Source of the DNA: Humidesulfovibrio sp.
GTDB lineage: Bacteria > Desulfobacterota > Desulfovibrionia > Desulfovibrionales > Desulfovibrionaceae
Assembly: GCF_030689645.1 (NCBI RefSeq)
Contig: NZ_JAUYFU010000024.1
Span: forward strand, 56,807 to 120,806
Direction: 5' to 3'
Length of the DNA stretch: 64,000 bases
Positions 20,396-29,776 of this stretch are shown piece by piece. Under the pieces are notes generated by a model. It did not search any database, was not told the origin of the DNA, and saw nothing but the letters and a program-made list of their open reading frames with translations. Both the position numbers and the translations under genes were made by a program. Numbering within the stretch: position 1 is the stretch's first letter; every line of letters begins with the position of its first letter.

Positions 20396-20484
20396 CGTAT
20401 GCTTGCGGTCATTTCCTGTCAACCGCCCTCGTACGCCAATCGCATCCGTCTGTGCTGGAAGTTCAAGTGTCTCGGAGGTTTGCC

Positions 20485-21333
20485 ATGCGTCTGTCCCTGA
20501 ATTTTTCGCCTTGCCCCAATGACACCTTCATCTTTCACGCCCTGGCGAACGGATTGGTACGCGTGCCTGGGGTGGAGTTCGACATCACCCTGGCTGATGT
20601 GGAGCGCCTGAACGAATCCGCCGCCAAGCATGCGCCGGATGTCTGCAAGGTTTCTGTTGCCGCCGCTGCCGACGTGCTGGACGAGTACCGCATCTTGCGC
20701 TCGGGGGGAGCCCTTGGCCGTGGCGTTGGGCCGATCCTGGTGAGCAGGGGGGGCACTCGCCTTGAGGCTCTGGACGATCAGACCGTGGCCATACCAGGCA
20801 GCCGCACTACGGCCAATCTCATTTTCGGATTGCTCTGCCGGGAGCGCGGCATATCGCCGCAGGTTGCGGAAATGGTTTATGACGAGGTCATGCCCGCCGT
20901 TATTTCCGGTGCCTGCGCCGCGGGCGTGGTCATCCACGAGGGCCGCTTCACCTATGCGGAGCAGGGGCTTTCCCGTCTGCTGGATTTGGGCGCCTGGTGG
21001 GAGCAGGATCGCGGCCTGCCTATTCCGCTGGGCTGCATCGTCATGCGGCGCTCCCATGGTTTGGATCTGGCGCGAGCCGTCAACCAGGGCATCCGCGCCA
21101 GCCTGCTTTATGCGCGCCAGCACCCGGAGGCCAGCGCGGGCTACATCCGCGAACACGCGCAGGAGATGGATCCAGGCGTCATCGCTCGGCACATCGAAAC
21201 CTTTGTCACTGATGCCAGTCTGGACATCGGGCCGGAAGGCGAGGCCGCCGGGCTGGCGCTCATGGCCGAGGCCAGAAGGGGCGCGGGCGGTTTGCCGCAA
21301 GACGTGTACCTGAAGGCGGATGCCGGGCTGTAG
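20485..21333 (+). CDS. mqnD: 1,4-dihydroxy-6-naphthoate synthase MqnD
   Basis: ATG 20485 follows GGAGG. MRLSLNFSPCPNDTFIFHAL... is the typical MqnD N-terminus. Confidence 0.8.
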   Translation: MRLSLNFSPCPNDTFIFHALANGLVRVPGVEFDITLADVERLNESAAKHAPDVCKVSVAAAADVLDEYRILRSGGALGRGVGPILVSRGGTRLEALDDQTVAIPGSRTTANLIFGLLCRERGISPQVAEMVYDEVMPAVISGACAAGVVIHEGRFTYAEQGLSRLLDLGAWWEQDRGLPIPLGCIVMRRSHGLDLARAVNQGIRASLLYARQHPEASAGYIREHAQEMDPGVIARHIETFVTDASLDIGPEGEAAGLALMAEARRGAGGLPQDVYLKADAGL

Positions 21334-21390
21334 CGCCGGGCCGGAGCAGGGGGAAGCCCCACCAGCGCGTCCGGCTCCGTAGGCGCAAGC

Positions 21391-21972
21391 TTATTTCTTG
21401 GGCTGGTAGATCAGCTTTGCATCCAGGTCGTTGGTCCACGGCAGGTTGGAGTTGCGCCAGCCGTTCAGGCTGCGCTTGCCAAAGTCCTTGCTGGCCTTGT
21501 CCGCCACCGTGTCTCCCTCGAAACCATCCACCATGTTGTAGACGTTGGTGAAGCCGGCGGCGATGAGTTTGCGGGCGGCCAAGGCGCTGCGGTAACCGGA
21601 GCGGCACATGATCACAATGGCGTCGCCGGGCTTGAAACGCTGCTTCATGAGGTCCACGAAGGCCGGGTTGTCCGCCAGGGGCATGTCCTGCTTCCCGGCG
21701 CCTGGCCCGCCTAGCCGGAGCTGCGCAGGAATATTGGGCGACATGGGCGGGTGGCCGACGAATTCGTATTCCTCAGGTGTTCTCACATCCACGATGGCGA
21801 CCTTGCCGCCGCCCTTTTGCCAAAGATCGTATGCTTCGGCTGCAGTGACGTATTTTCCGAGAGCCGTGTGCTTGCGCTGGTCCTGTGGAGGTTCCGCAGC
21901 CAGGGCGGCGGCAGCAAGGCCAAGGCACAAGACCAGGGCGCAGGCGAGCTGAAACACTATGCGCTGGAACAT
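21391..21972 (-). CDS. Periplasmic single-domain rhodanese (sulfurtransferase)
   Basis: ATG 21972 follows AGGAGG. Signal peptide is MFQRIVFQLACALVLCLGLAAAALA. The active-site loop is CRSGYRS. Confidence 0.85.
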   Translation of the reverse strand: MFQRIVFQLACALVLCLGLAAAALAAEPPQDQRKHTALGKYVTAAEAYDLWQKGGGKVAIVDVRTPEEYEFVGHPPMSPNIPAQLRLGGPGAGKQDMPLADNPAFVDLMKQRFKPGDAIVIMCRSGYRSALAARKLIAAGFTNVYNMVDGFEGDTVADKASKDFGKRSLNGWRNSNLPWTNDLDAKLIYQPKK

Positions 21973-22130
21973 GGATATCCTCCTGAGTTTGGTGCGACGG
22001 TGGAGCATGCTGCCCTTTATATCCATAAAATACAGAGAGGCTCTGATGAAGGCAAGTTTAGCCGGAGGATGAGCGTAATTGATGCATCCCGCCAGCTGGC
22101 AGCAGATTCCTGCTCCAGGTGTGGATGTGG

Positions 22131-22877
22131 TTAGGAGACGGGCTGGTCGGCCAGGAGCTTCTTGCGCTCACGCCAGTCTGGCATCACTGCTGTGAGCAGG
22201 GCATAGAATTGCGCGTTATGACCATGGTGCCGCAGGTGACACAGCTCGTGGGCGGCCACGAATTCGATGCACGGAAGCGGAGCCTTGATGAGGTGCCGGT
22301 TCAGGTTGATGCAGCCCGCACGGGAGCAGCTGCCCCAGCGGCTGGTCATGGCCCGGATCTTGAGCCGTTGCGGCCTGGGTGCGCCGTGGGCGTCCATGCG
22401 CGGCAGAAGCTCGCGGATGACCTTGGTGAACACCTCACGGGCCTGATCAAGGTGCCAGGCGTCCAACAATTTGCGCACAGTCTCCGGCTTAGGCTCAGAG
22501 CGGGTGGTCACCAGCAGGCCATCCCCGGCCAGACGCACGGAGTTGCGCCCTTCCTGACGGACGAGAAGGGTGTAGCGTTGACCCAAGAACGGGTGGGCCT
22601 CGCCGTTGACGTAGTGCAGGGGGGGCGCTGCCTGTCTCCGGTCGCGGAAGCGCGCCAGGTGCAGCTCAATCCAAGGGGCTTTGGCCTGCAGATGCTCGTG
22701 GACGAAGGTGAGGCTAGCGCCTTTGGGGGCGCGCACGCGCACGGTCCCGTCGCGCCGGATGGAGATGCGCAGGGTGCGGAAGCGGTCGAACTCCACCGCA
22801 ACAGCTATGCGCTCCTCACCAAGCACGAGGTTAACCTGTGTGGGCGCGGCTGGCTTGTGCTTCAGAAAACCGAGCAT
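22131..22877 (-). CDS. YgjP/DUF45-like zinc metallohydrolase
   Basis: 248 aa from ATG 22877, with HELCHLRHHGH (HExxH). The upstream 255 codons of the 503-aa track ORF overlap the EamA gene in another frame. Confidence 0.8.
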   Translation of the reverse strand: MLGFLKHKPAAPTQVNLVLGEERIAVAVEFDRFRTLRISIRRDGTVRVRAPKGASLTFVHEHLQAKAPWIELHLARFRDRRQAAPPLHYVNGEAHPFLGQRYTLLVRQEGRNSVRLAGDGLLVTTRSEPKPETVRKLLDAWHLDQAREVFTKVIRELLPRMDAHGAPRPQRLKIRAMTSRWGSCSRAGCINLNRHLIKAPLPCIEFVAAHELCHLRHHGHNAQFYALLTAVMPDWRERKKLLADQPVS

Positions 22878-22879
22878 GT

Positions 22880-23788
22880 TCAGGCCTTGGCCGGGGCCTT
22901 CCTGGGCTTGCGGTCCTGGCTCAAGAGCACGCCGCCCAGCACCAGGGCCGATGCCAGATACTGACCCAGGCTGAACACTTCGTCCAGCACCAGGCGGGCC
23001 ATGATCACGGTGACAACGGGAATGAGGTTCACGAAGGCCGAGGCCTGGCTGGCGGGGATCTTGCTCACGCCATAGCTGTACAGGCCATAGGCCCCAAAGG
23101 TGCTTGCCGCGCCCAGGTAGATGATGGACAGGGCCGGGATGAGCACAAACTCCGTGGGCAGGCTCTGGCCGGGCAGAAACATCAGCGGCAGGAAAAAGAA
23201 GCCGCCGAACACAGCCTGGGTAAAGGTCAGAAACATTGGCGAGTAGCGTGCGGAGAGCTGTTTGAGCAGGATGGTGTAACCCATGGCGCAGATCATGGCC
23301 AGGAACTCCAGGAAGTTGCCCAGGGTCGGGTTGGGCGCGTTCTCCGTTGCCGTGGACATGAGCGAAAGCATGGCCGCGCCGATGACGGCCACCACGAACC
23401 CGGCCCAGGTGCGCAGGCTGACGCGTTCCTTGAGGATGAAATGAGCGCCCACGGCCACCAGCAGGGGCAGCATGGCCACGATCATACCCGCTTGGGCCGC
23501 CTCTGTGTTCTTGATGGCTGCGGTCTCGAAGAGAAAATACAGGCCGGGTTCGCACAGGCCCATGAGCGCGATGGGTTTCCAGTCGCCCTTGCGGTAGGGC
23601 TGGGAGCGGAAGCGCGGGTACAGGGGGATGAAGCAGACGCAAGCCACCAGCATGCGCGCGAAGACCACGAACATGGTGTCGTAGGCCTGGAAGGCCAGCT
23701 TGAAGGCGATGAACGCGCTGGCCCAGAGGATGCTGGCCGCCGTGAGCGCCAGGATGGGCAAAAGCGCGGCGCGGCGTTCTTCGGTCAT
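22880..23788 (-). CDS. EamA/DMT-family transporter
   Basis: 302 aa with about 10 hydrophobic helices in two EamA-like halves. Confidence 0.85.
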   Translation of the reverse strand: MTEERRAALLPILALTAASILWASAFIAFKLAFQAYDTMFVVFARMLVACVCFIPLYPRFRSQPYRKGDWKPIALMGLCEPGLYFLFETAAIKNTEAAQAGMIVAMLPLLVAVGAHFILKERVSLRTWAGFVVAVIGAAMLSLMSTATENAPNPTLGNFLEFLAMICAMGYTILLKQLSARYSPMFLTFTQAVFGGFFFLPLMFLPGQSLPTEFVLIPALSIIYLGAASTFGAYGLYSYGVSKIPASQASAFVNLIPVVTVIMARLVLDEVFSLGQYLASALVLGGVLLSQDRKPRKAPAKA

Positions 23789-23875
23789 GTTTGAAACCCC
23801 TGGTTAGCCCGTCGAGTGGTGGCGGGAAGGCAGGGGTAGCACCAGCAGCAGCGGAAGTGAAGTCACAATAATTGA

Positions 23876-25132
23876 TCAGCCCGCGTCGTTTTGTTGATCC
23901 AACCCCGCCACGCGGCGGAAATACTCATCCCGGCAAAAGCGCTCCACCTCCAGCAACGTGGCGAAGGCGTCGCGGAAGTCCACAGCTCCGGTGGTGAAGA
24001 GCCCGTGTCCGTAAACGATGACCCCGCGCTGGCCCCCTCCAGATGTCAGCGCCGGAGGCAGGGTGTTGCACAGGCCAAACGGGCCGGTGCCCACCTCGCC
24101 CGGCACAATGGGGATGTGCAGTCCGCCCGGATCGCCATTCACGGCGCGGGGCGTGGCGCAGGCCCGGTGGCAGTTGCCCAGGCCGGGGCAGTCGAGCTTT
24201 TCGCAGTCCATGGAGAGTATAACTGCGAAGCGTGGGTGCCCGTGCAGGATGGTTTTGGCCGGTCCGCCGTCGTAGATGGCCTTGTGCGCGGTGAGCTCGC
24301 TGGAGGCCGTGAGGCCCACGCAGGAGGTTCCATCCATGCGGCAGGGGTCGATGACGCCGCCCAGCTCGTCAAGGGCGCTGCCTGTCTGGCTGATGAGCAG
24401 AAGCTCGCCGCCAGTTGTTGATTGCCTGCACGACACGTTGCCAAAGGACGAGTCCACCAGCCCGTGCTCCACCACGGCGCGCCCGGCCTGGATCATGGCG
24501 GCCCGCGCCTGGTCGGCATTGGCGAAGGGACCGGACAGAAGCTCCGGCGCGGTTTGCGGCAAGCGGGCCATGTCCGCATCCAGCAGGGCGCGGATGGCTG
24601 CGAACTCCGCCCGGCGCGCGCTGGTTATCTGCCCGGCGCGCGCATCGCGCAGATGTTTGGCGAAGTAGGCCACGAAGCAGGCAAAGGCCATGGAACTGGC
24701 GGTGACGAAGGTCTGCTCCGGGCTCACGGACCCGGCTGCGGCCATGAGCGCCCGGCCCTGGTGCAAAATGATGCAGCCCTTGCGGCGGCGCAGGGCCTGA
24801 AGGATCAACGCGGTGTCGAGGCCGTTCACCACGGGCAGGTCGTGCAAAAAGGTGCGCGTCTCGCAGTCTCCGGGGATGACGGCGGCCTCGCCCTGTTCCA
24901 GCGCTTCTCGCGCCAGAGCGTACATCGTGGCCTGGCACGCCCCGATGGGCTCGGCCAGGAGCAGGGCGCTGGCCCCCAGGCCAAGGAGCACCTCCACGGC
25001 CAGAGACTGGCGCGGGTCGCCCGCGTGGTTGAAGGAAAGCTCGGCGTCCAGGGCTGCAAGCAGCGGCTCCCCTGGTGCGCACAACCCGGCGTCCGCCAGT
25101 TTCGCGGCGTATTTCGCAAGTTGGTCGTTCAT
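23876..25132 (-). CDS. Class II aldolase/adducin-domain protein (degenerate N-terminal half, C-terminal half with Cys-rich insertion)
   Basis: The C-terminal half has FGNVS...ISQTGS...SSE..H...HGH...GHG. The insertion is CEKLDCPGLGNCHRAC. ATG 25132 overlaps the aor stop (ATGA). Confidence 0.7.
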   Translation of the reverse strand: MNDQLAKYAAKLADAGLCAPGEPLLAALDAELSFNHAGDPRQSLAVEVLLGLGASALLLAEPIGACQATMYALAREALEQGEAAVIPGDCETRTFLHDLPVVNGLDTALILQALRRRKGCIILHQGRALMAAAGSVSPEQTFVTASSMAFACFVAYFAKHLRDARAGQITSARRAEFAAIRALLDADMARLPQTAPELLSGPFANADQARAAMIQAGRAVVEHGLVDSSFGNVSCRQSTTGGELLLISQTGSALDELGGVIDPCRMDGTSCVGLTASSELTAHKAIYDGGPAKTILHGHPRFAVILSMDCEKLDCPGLGNCHRACATPRAVNGDPGGLHIPIVPGEVGTGPFGLCNTLPPALTSGGGQRGVIVYGHGLFTTGAVDFRDAFATLLEVERFCRDEYFRRVAGLDQQNDAG

Positions 25133-26928
25133 GCCCGCTCCCATTGTTTTGGCCAGGGCAGGCCCAGGCGCTGGACCGTGTCCCGCGTGGGCAGGCCGTT
25201 TAGGTCCAATCCCCGGATGCGGTAGTAGGCCGCGCGCGCAGCGAGGAAGTCCTGGCGAGGAATGGGCGGCACCGGCAGGTCCGGCGCGCCGCTGCCGGAT
25301 TCGGTGAAGAAGCGCTGCGGCAGGTCGTCGTCCTTGGCTGTGAAGCCGTTCTGCGCGTTCAACAAACGCTCTTGCATGCAGATGCGCTCTCCGGCCAGCA
25401 GCAGGTCGCCCGCAGTTGCAGGAAGACCCGTCACCGCGGCAAAGGCTTTGGCGTATTCCTCCAGGCTGGCGGCCAGCAGCAGGTGCCGGCAGATGGGCAG
25501 GGAGTCGGCTGCGGCCAGCATGTCCTCTGCGCTTTTGATGCTGCGCGCCTTGCCGGAAAAGCTGAAACGGTCCGTGGCCACGGGTTTGCGCAGCACCTCG
25601 TGGCTGAGGGGGTTGGCGCGTAGATGGCTGCCGCCCTGGGTGCTCACCGCGTAGGACAGGGCAAGGCCGTAGGCCCCGCGCGGGTCATAGGCGGGCAGGT
25701 CCAAACCCTTCACGCTCATGGCCAGGTCAGGGCGTCCGTGGCTGGCGGCGTAGCTCGCAGCGCCTTGACCAAGCTCCCGGCCAAGCTCGGCCTCTGGGCC
25801 TTGGCTTGTGGCCATGCCCAGCAGCAGTGCCAGCACCCGGTCCGGGCCGTAGTCTTCGCCGGTGCGCTCCCGGTGGCAGGCCAGGGTCGAGGCAGCGCTC
25901 ACGGGATCCAGGCCCAGGCAGGCGCAAAAATCCGTGGCGCGCATGGCCAGCTCGATCATCTCATTGCCGATGAGCGCTGTGAAGTGGCTCATGGCCTCGT
26001 ATTCCGGCAAGGGGCGGCCATCGCCAGAAAGGCCTTTGCACTGCACAAGGCAGCCTGGGCAGCCACGGCGCACCGGGTGGTACCGCTGGGCATAGGCGTA
26101 GGCGTTTATTCCCGGGGCAGGAGGAAAGTGCGTGCGCGCGAAATTGTCCGTGGGCATCATGCGCCGGGAGTCCATGAGGTCGTAAAGGCTGCCGGTGCCA
26201 TAGCGCGCAAAGCCGTGTTGGCCCATGAGCGCCGGAGAGGCGTTGGCCAGGCGTTCAATATCCTCCACCGCAGCAGCCAGACCTGCCGGGTCGGCCACTT
26301 GGGTCGCCCCGGTTCCGCGCACGGCGATGTACTTGAGGTTCTTGAGGCCAGCCACCAGGCCCAGGCCGCAGCGCGCCGCGCTGTGGTAGGTGTCCACCAT
26401 GATGCTGGCGAAGCGGCAGCCGTTTTCGGCCGCTGGCCCGGTGGTCGCGATGCAGCCCGTGGGCCGGTGCGCGCGCAGCTTGGCGAAGACATCGGGCGTG
26501 GGGAGGCCCGTGAGGTTGGTGGCGTCAGTGAAACGCACCTCGTGGTCGTCAATTTCGATGCCGCAGGGCGTATTCGCTTGCCCGGTGACGACCAGGGCGT
26601 CATAGCCTGCGTGTTTGAGTTCCAGGCCCAGGCGACCGCCGACGCTGGCATCGCCAATTGCTCCGGTGAGGGGCGAGCGGCTCATAATGTGGCAGCGGCT
26701 GCTTGCTGGCGAATTTGTCCCGGTTAGCGGGCCGGAGGCGATGATGAGCGGCATGTCCGGATGATCGCAGGGCAGGGTAGCGAAATCGCGCAGGAAAAAA
26801 CCGCCCAGGCCCCGCCCGCCGAGAAATGTCTGGCGAATGTCCTCAGGCAGAGGCAGGTTTTCGCTCGCGCCGGTGGAGAGGTCGACGCGCAGGTACCTGC
26901 CTGTCCATCCAAAGAGTTGGCCTGTCAT
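25129..26928 (-). CDS. aor: Aldehyde:ferredoxin oxidoreductase (tungstopterin AOR family)
   Basis: 599 aa from ATG 26928, which follows GGAGG. MTGQLFGWTGRYLRVDLSTG... is the typical AOR N-terminus. The 89-codon upstream extension in the track has no homology signal. Confidence 0.9.
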   Translation of the reverse strand: MTGQLFGWTGRYLRVDLSTGASENLPLPEDIRQTFLGGRGLGGFFLRDFATLPCDHPDMPLIIASGPLTGTNSPASSRCHIMSRSPLTGAIGDASVGGRLGLELKHAGYDALVVTGQANTPCGIEIDDHEVRFTDATNLTGLPTPDVFAKLRAHRPTGCIATTGPAAENGCRFASIMVDTYHSAARCGLGLVAGLKNLKYIAVRGTGATQVADPAGLAAAVEDIERLANASPALMGQHGFARYGTGSLYDLMDSRRMMPTDNFARTHFPPAPGINAYAYAQRYHPVRRGCPGCLVQCKGLSGDGRPLPEYEAMSHFTALIGNEMIELAMRATDFCACLGLDPVSAASTLACHRERTGEDYGPDRVLALLLGMATSQGPEAELGRELGQGAASYAASHGRPDLAMSVKGLDLPAYDPRGAYGLALSYAVSTQGGSHLRANPLSHEVLRKPVATDRFSFSGKARSIKSAEDMLAAADSLPICRHLLLAASLEEYAKAFAAVTGLPATAGDLLLAGERICMQERLLNAQNGFTAKDDDLPQRFFTESGSGAPDLPVPPIPRQDFLAARAAYYRIRGLDLNGLPTRDTVQRLGLPWPKQWERA

Positions 26929-27055
26929 GCGTTTTTCCTGCCTCCGGGAGATGGCGCGGGGTTTTGGCGGCTTGACCCCGTGGCCGAAAGAAGTATGCTC
27001 TGCCGCCAGGAATCGCAAGGCCCGAACGCGCCTTGCACACGCAGGAGGACCACAG

Positions 27056-27595
27056 GTGGCCCAGGACAAAAAGGAAGAGATCGACGTTTCGCGGCGCAGG
27101 CTGCTGTTCGGTTTTTTGGATCGCGCCCGCGGTGCGGAGTCAGCGCCCATGGCAGCGGCCTCGCAGACCGCGCCGATGCTGGCCCAGGCCAACACGGCGT
27201 ATGCGGCTGCGGACTTTCCCGCTGCGGCGGGGTTCTACAAGTCTTTTCTGCAGGCGGAGTCGGACAACGCCGAGGCCCGCCAGCGTTACGGGGAGTGCCT
27301 GTACCGGCAGGGGCAGTACATCCAGGCCAAGGTGGAGTTTGAGCGCCTGCTGCAAAAAGACCGCAAGAACAACCGGGCCATCCTGTTTTTAGGGCTGGTG
27401 CTGGCGCGTCTAGACCGCGTGCAGAAGGCTGCCGTGGTCTGGAAGCTCTTTTTCGATCCTCACAGCGTTGTGCTGCAGCGCGAATTGAATTTGCAGATAG
27501 CCCTTGTGGAGACTGCGGCAGAGGAACAGTTGCCTGCCGCCGCTTCCGTGGCCGATGCCGTGGAGCGCGTGCTGGCGCAGCCCAAGACCGCCTAG
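27056..27595 (+). CDS. TPR-repeat protein
   Basis: GTG 27056 lies 7 nt after AGGAGG. TPR-like helices include AAADFPAAAGFYKSFLQAESDNAEARQRYGECLYRQGQYIQAKVEFERLL. The start is uncertain. Confidence 0.6.
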   Translation: MAQDKKEEIDVSRRRLLFGFLDRARGAESAPMAAASQTAPMLAQANTAYAAADFPAAAGFYKSFLQAESDNAEARQRYGECLYRQGQYIQAKVEFERLLQKDRKNNRAILFLGLVLARLDRVQKAAVVWKLFFDPHSVVLQRELNLQIALVETAAEEQLPAAASVADAVERVLAQPKTA

Positions 27596-28128
27596 TTGTC
27601 TTTCTTGGCTTTTTCGTCGTCCTTCCCGGCAAGCACTGCCACGCGGGCGCGAATGTAGCTGGCCGCGATGTCGGCCATCTGCGCGTTTACGCCTTCCTCG
27701 CCCTGCGCGCTCTGGCCAAAGGCGCAGAGGTCCGCGCTCATCTGCTTTTCCATGCGCTCCGATTCCAGAAACATGACAAAAATCAGCGCCAGGGCTGCGC
27801 CGTTTTCTTCGCTGCCATCGCACAGCACGCGCAGCTGCTCTTCGGGCGCGGTGGCGAACAGCCGGTCGGCGAACATGCCGATCCAGCGGCGGTACAGCGA
27901 GGGCATGAGCGGCGGCACCATCAGGGCCAGGGTGTCTGCGGCGGCGAGGTCGGCCGCGGCCTGGGTCACCGCCAGATAATCGCGAAGGGCCTCGGCGCGG
28001 CGGGCCTCGTCCTGGGACACGCGGTCCATGATGACTGCGGTGATGTGCGCGCGCATGGCTATTTTGAGCTCGGCGTCCTGCACAAGGCTTTCGGCTGCGG
28101 CGGGAGTGGTGTCTTTCGCGGTGGACAT
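27592..28128 (-). CDS. Hypothetical all-helical acidic protein
   Basis: 178 aa from ATG 28128, which follows GGAGAAG. No recognisable motif. The stop overlaps the TPR gene stop by 4 nt. Confidence 0.55.
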   Translation of the reverse strand: MSTAKDTTPAAAESLVQDAELKIAMRAHITAVIMDRVSQDEARRAEALRDYLAVTQAAADLAAADTLALMVPPLMPSLYRRWIGMFADRLFATAPEEQLRVLCDGSEENGAALALIFVMFLESERMEKQMSADLCAFGQSAQGEEGVNAQMADIAASYIRARVAVLAGKDDEKAKKDN

Positions 28129-28276
28129 GGGGGCTTCTCCTGTAGACGTGGTGGCTGAGCCTGGGCGGGAAGGGCCTCGTGCCAGGGCTTCCCGTCCGCG
28201 CGCAAAGGGAGTATCACCGCGTCTCAATCATGGCAATGCGTCGCTGCGCCCTGCCTGGGCGTACAGGAGACTCCCC

Positions 28277-29581
28277 GTGCCCGACTTCCAAATCACCGAT
28301 ACGTTCGTGCAGCTCATGCCCCTGGGCAAGGTGCTGCTGGCCTTCGGCGTCATGCTGCTCGGCCTGCGTCTGCGCCAGCCTTTGTGGCTCTCGGTGCTGG
28401 CAGGCGGACTGGTGCTTGCCCTTTCGTTTCACATGCCCATGGCGCAGTGGGCGCAGGTGGCTGCCCTGTCAATGTTCCAGCGTGAGACCATCTTCCTGGT
28501 GCTCATTCTTGCGCTCATTCTGTTTTTGTCCGAGGTGCTGGAGAAAAGCGGTCAGACCAGGCGGCTCATGCAGGCTGCCACAGGCTTTCTGGTTGACCCC
28601 AAGCTGCGCTTGGCCTTCTTTCCCGCCCTGGTGGGCTTTCTGCCCATGCCCGGCGGGGCGGTGTTCTCCGCGCCCCTTGTTCGCGATATGGCCGACGATC
28701 TGGGCCTGCACCGGCGCGACACGGCCCTGGTTAACTATTGGTTCCGGCATCTCTGGGAGCTCTGCTGGCCCCTGTATCCGGGCATCATCCTCACCTCCAC
28801 CCTGGCCGGGGTGCCGCTGGCGCGGCTCATCGTCTACACCAGCCCGTGCATTTTTTTGTGCATGCTTATTGGCTGGCGGTTCATCATGCGCCCGGCCACA
28901 GCGCATCTTGCTGGGGCTGACCCGCAGGGCAGCGTCCCGCGCGACGTTCGTGCCGCCCTTACTGAAGGGCTGCCCATGCTCATCGCCATTTGCTGCGGCC
29001 TGGGCTTCGAGGTGGGCATGACCTTCCTTGCGCCGGGCCTGCCCTTCGAGCTGGGCATCATGGCCGCTCTTGTCCTGGCCATCGCCTGCGCGCTGATCCA
29101 GAACCGCGTGGGGCCGGGCTTTGTGGCCGGGGTGCTGACCGATCGCGAACTCTATCGGCTGGTGGCGCTGGTGGTGTCGGTGCTGGTGTTCAAAGACGTG
29201 TTGCAGGCTTCCGGCGCTGTGGAGCAGTTGGCCAAGGTGGCCTCAGGCCATGGGGCGCTTTTTGCGCTTACGCTGGGCCTGCCGTTTTTGGTGGGTCTCA
29301 TCTCCGGCATCACCGTGGCCTTTGTGGGCGCAACCTTCCCCATCATCCTGGGCGTGCTGCACAACATAGGCGCAGGGGATCAGCTTTTGCCCTACCTGAC
29401 CCTGGGGCTCTTTGCCGGTTTCACCGGGGTCATGGTTTCACCCCTGCACGTGTGCTTCATCCTGTCCTGCCAATTCTTCGGGGTAGACCTGGGCCCTGCC
29501 TGGCGGCGGCTGCTCGTTCCCTGCGGGATTTTGCTGGCCTGCGGCATCGCCTGGTTCTTGGCGCTTACGCGTCTGCTCTAA
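28277..29581 (+). CDS. Polytopic membrane protein, DUF401-like
   Basis: GTG 28277 follows AGGAGA. It has about 10-12 TM helices and GFLPMPGGAVFSAP. The family assignment is from memory only. Confidence 0.7.
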   Translation: MPDFQITDTFVQLMPLGKVLLAFGVMLLGLRLRQPLWLSVLAGGLVLALSFHMPMAQWAQVAALSMFQRETIFLVLILALILFLSEVLEKSGQTRRLMQAATGFLVDPKLRLAFFPALVGFLPMPGGAVFSAPLVRDMADDLGLHRRDTALVNYWFRHLWELCWPLYPGIILTSTLAGVPLARLIVYTSPCIFLCMLIGWRFIMRPATAHLAGADPQGSVPRDVRAALTEGLPMLIAICCGLGFEVGMTFLAPGLPFELGIMAALVLAIACALIQNRVGPGFVAGVLTDRELYRLVALVVSVLVFKDVLQASGAVEQLAKVASGHGALFALTLGLPFLVGLISGITVAFVGATFPIILGVLHNIGAGDQLLPYLTLGLFAGFTGVMVSPLHVCFILSCQFFGVDLGPAWRRLLVPCGILLACGIAWFLALTRLL

Positions 29582-29776
29582 CGTCGCTGTGCGGGGCTGA
29601 TCTTGGGGCCACGGCCAGAAATCAACCGCCCATCCAGTTGCTGTGAGAGGACCGTCGCACTGGCCGTGGCTCCCGTGCATTGAGCGAGGGGGTCTCGCGC
29701 TTGCAGCAGGGGAATCTTGCCACAAGGGGCCGACTGTAGCAAGTATTTTAAATTCGTGTTACTGTGCCCATGGGAT

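Noticed and set aside
22131-23642. 503-aa ORF treated as one gene
   Set aside because: Only the C-terminal 248 codons (from ATG 22877) look like a real protein (DUF45, HExxH). The upstream part is Pro/Gly/Arg-rich and overlaps the well-supported EamA transporter gene in another frame.
27089-27118. SRRRLLFGFL near the N-terminus of the TPR protein as a Tat signal
   Set aside because: The twin-arginine-like motif is not followed by a hydrophobic h-region or a cleavage site (DRARGAES follows). The start codon is also uncertain.
25129-27195. 688-aa version of the AOR ORF starting at 27195
   Set aside because: The first 89 codons are Arg/Ser/Ala-rich with no AOR homology. ATG 26928 has a GGAGG Shine-Dalgarno and gives the canonical AOR N-terminus and length.
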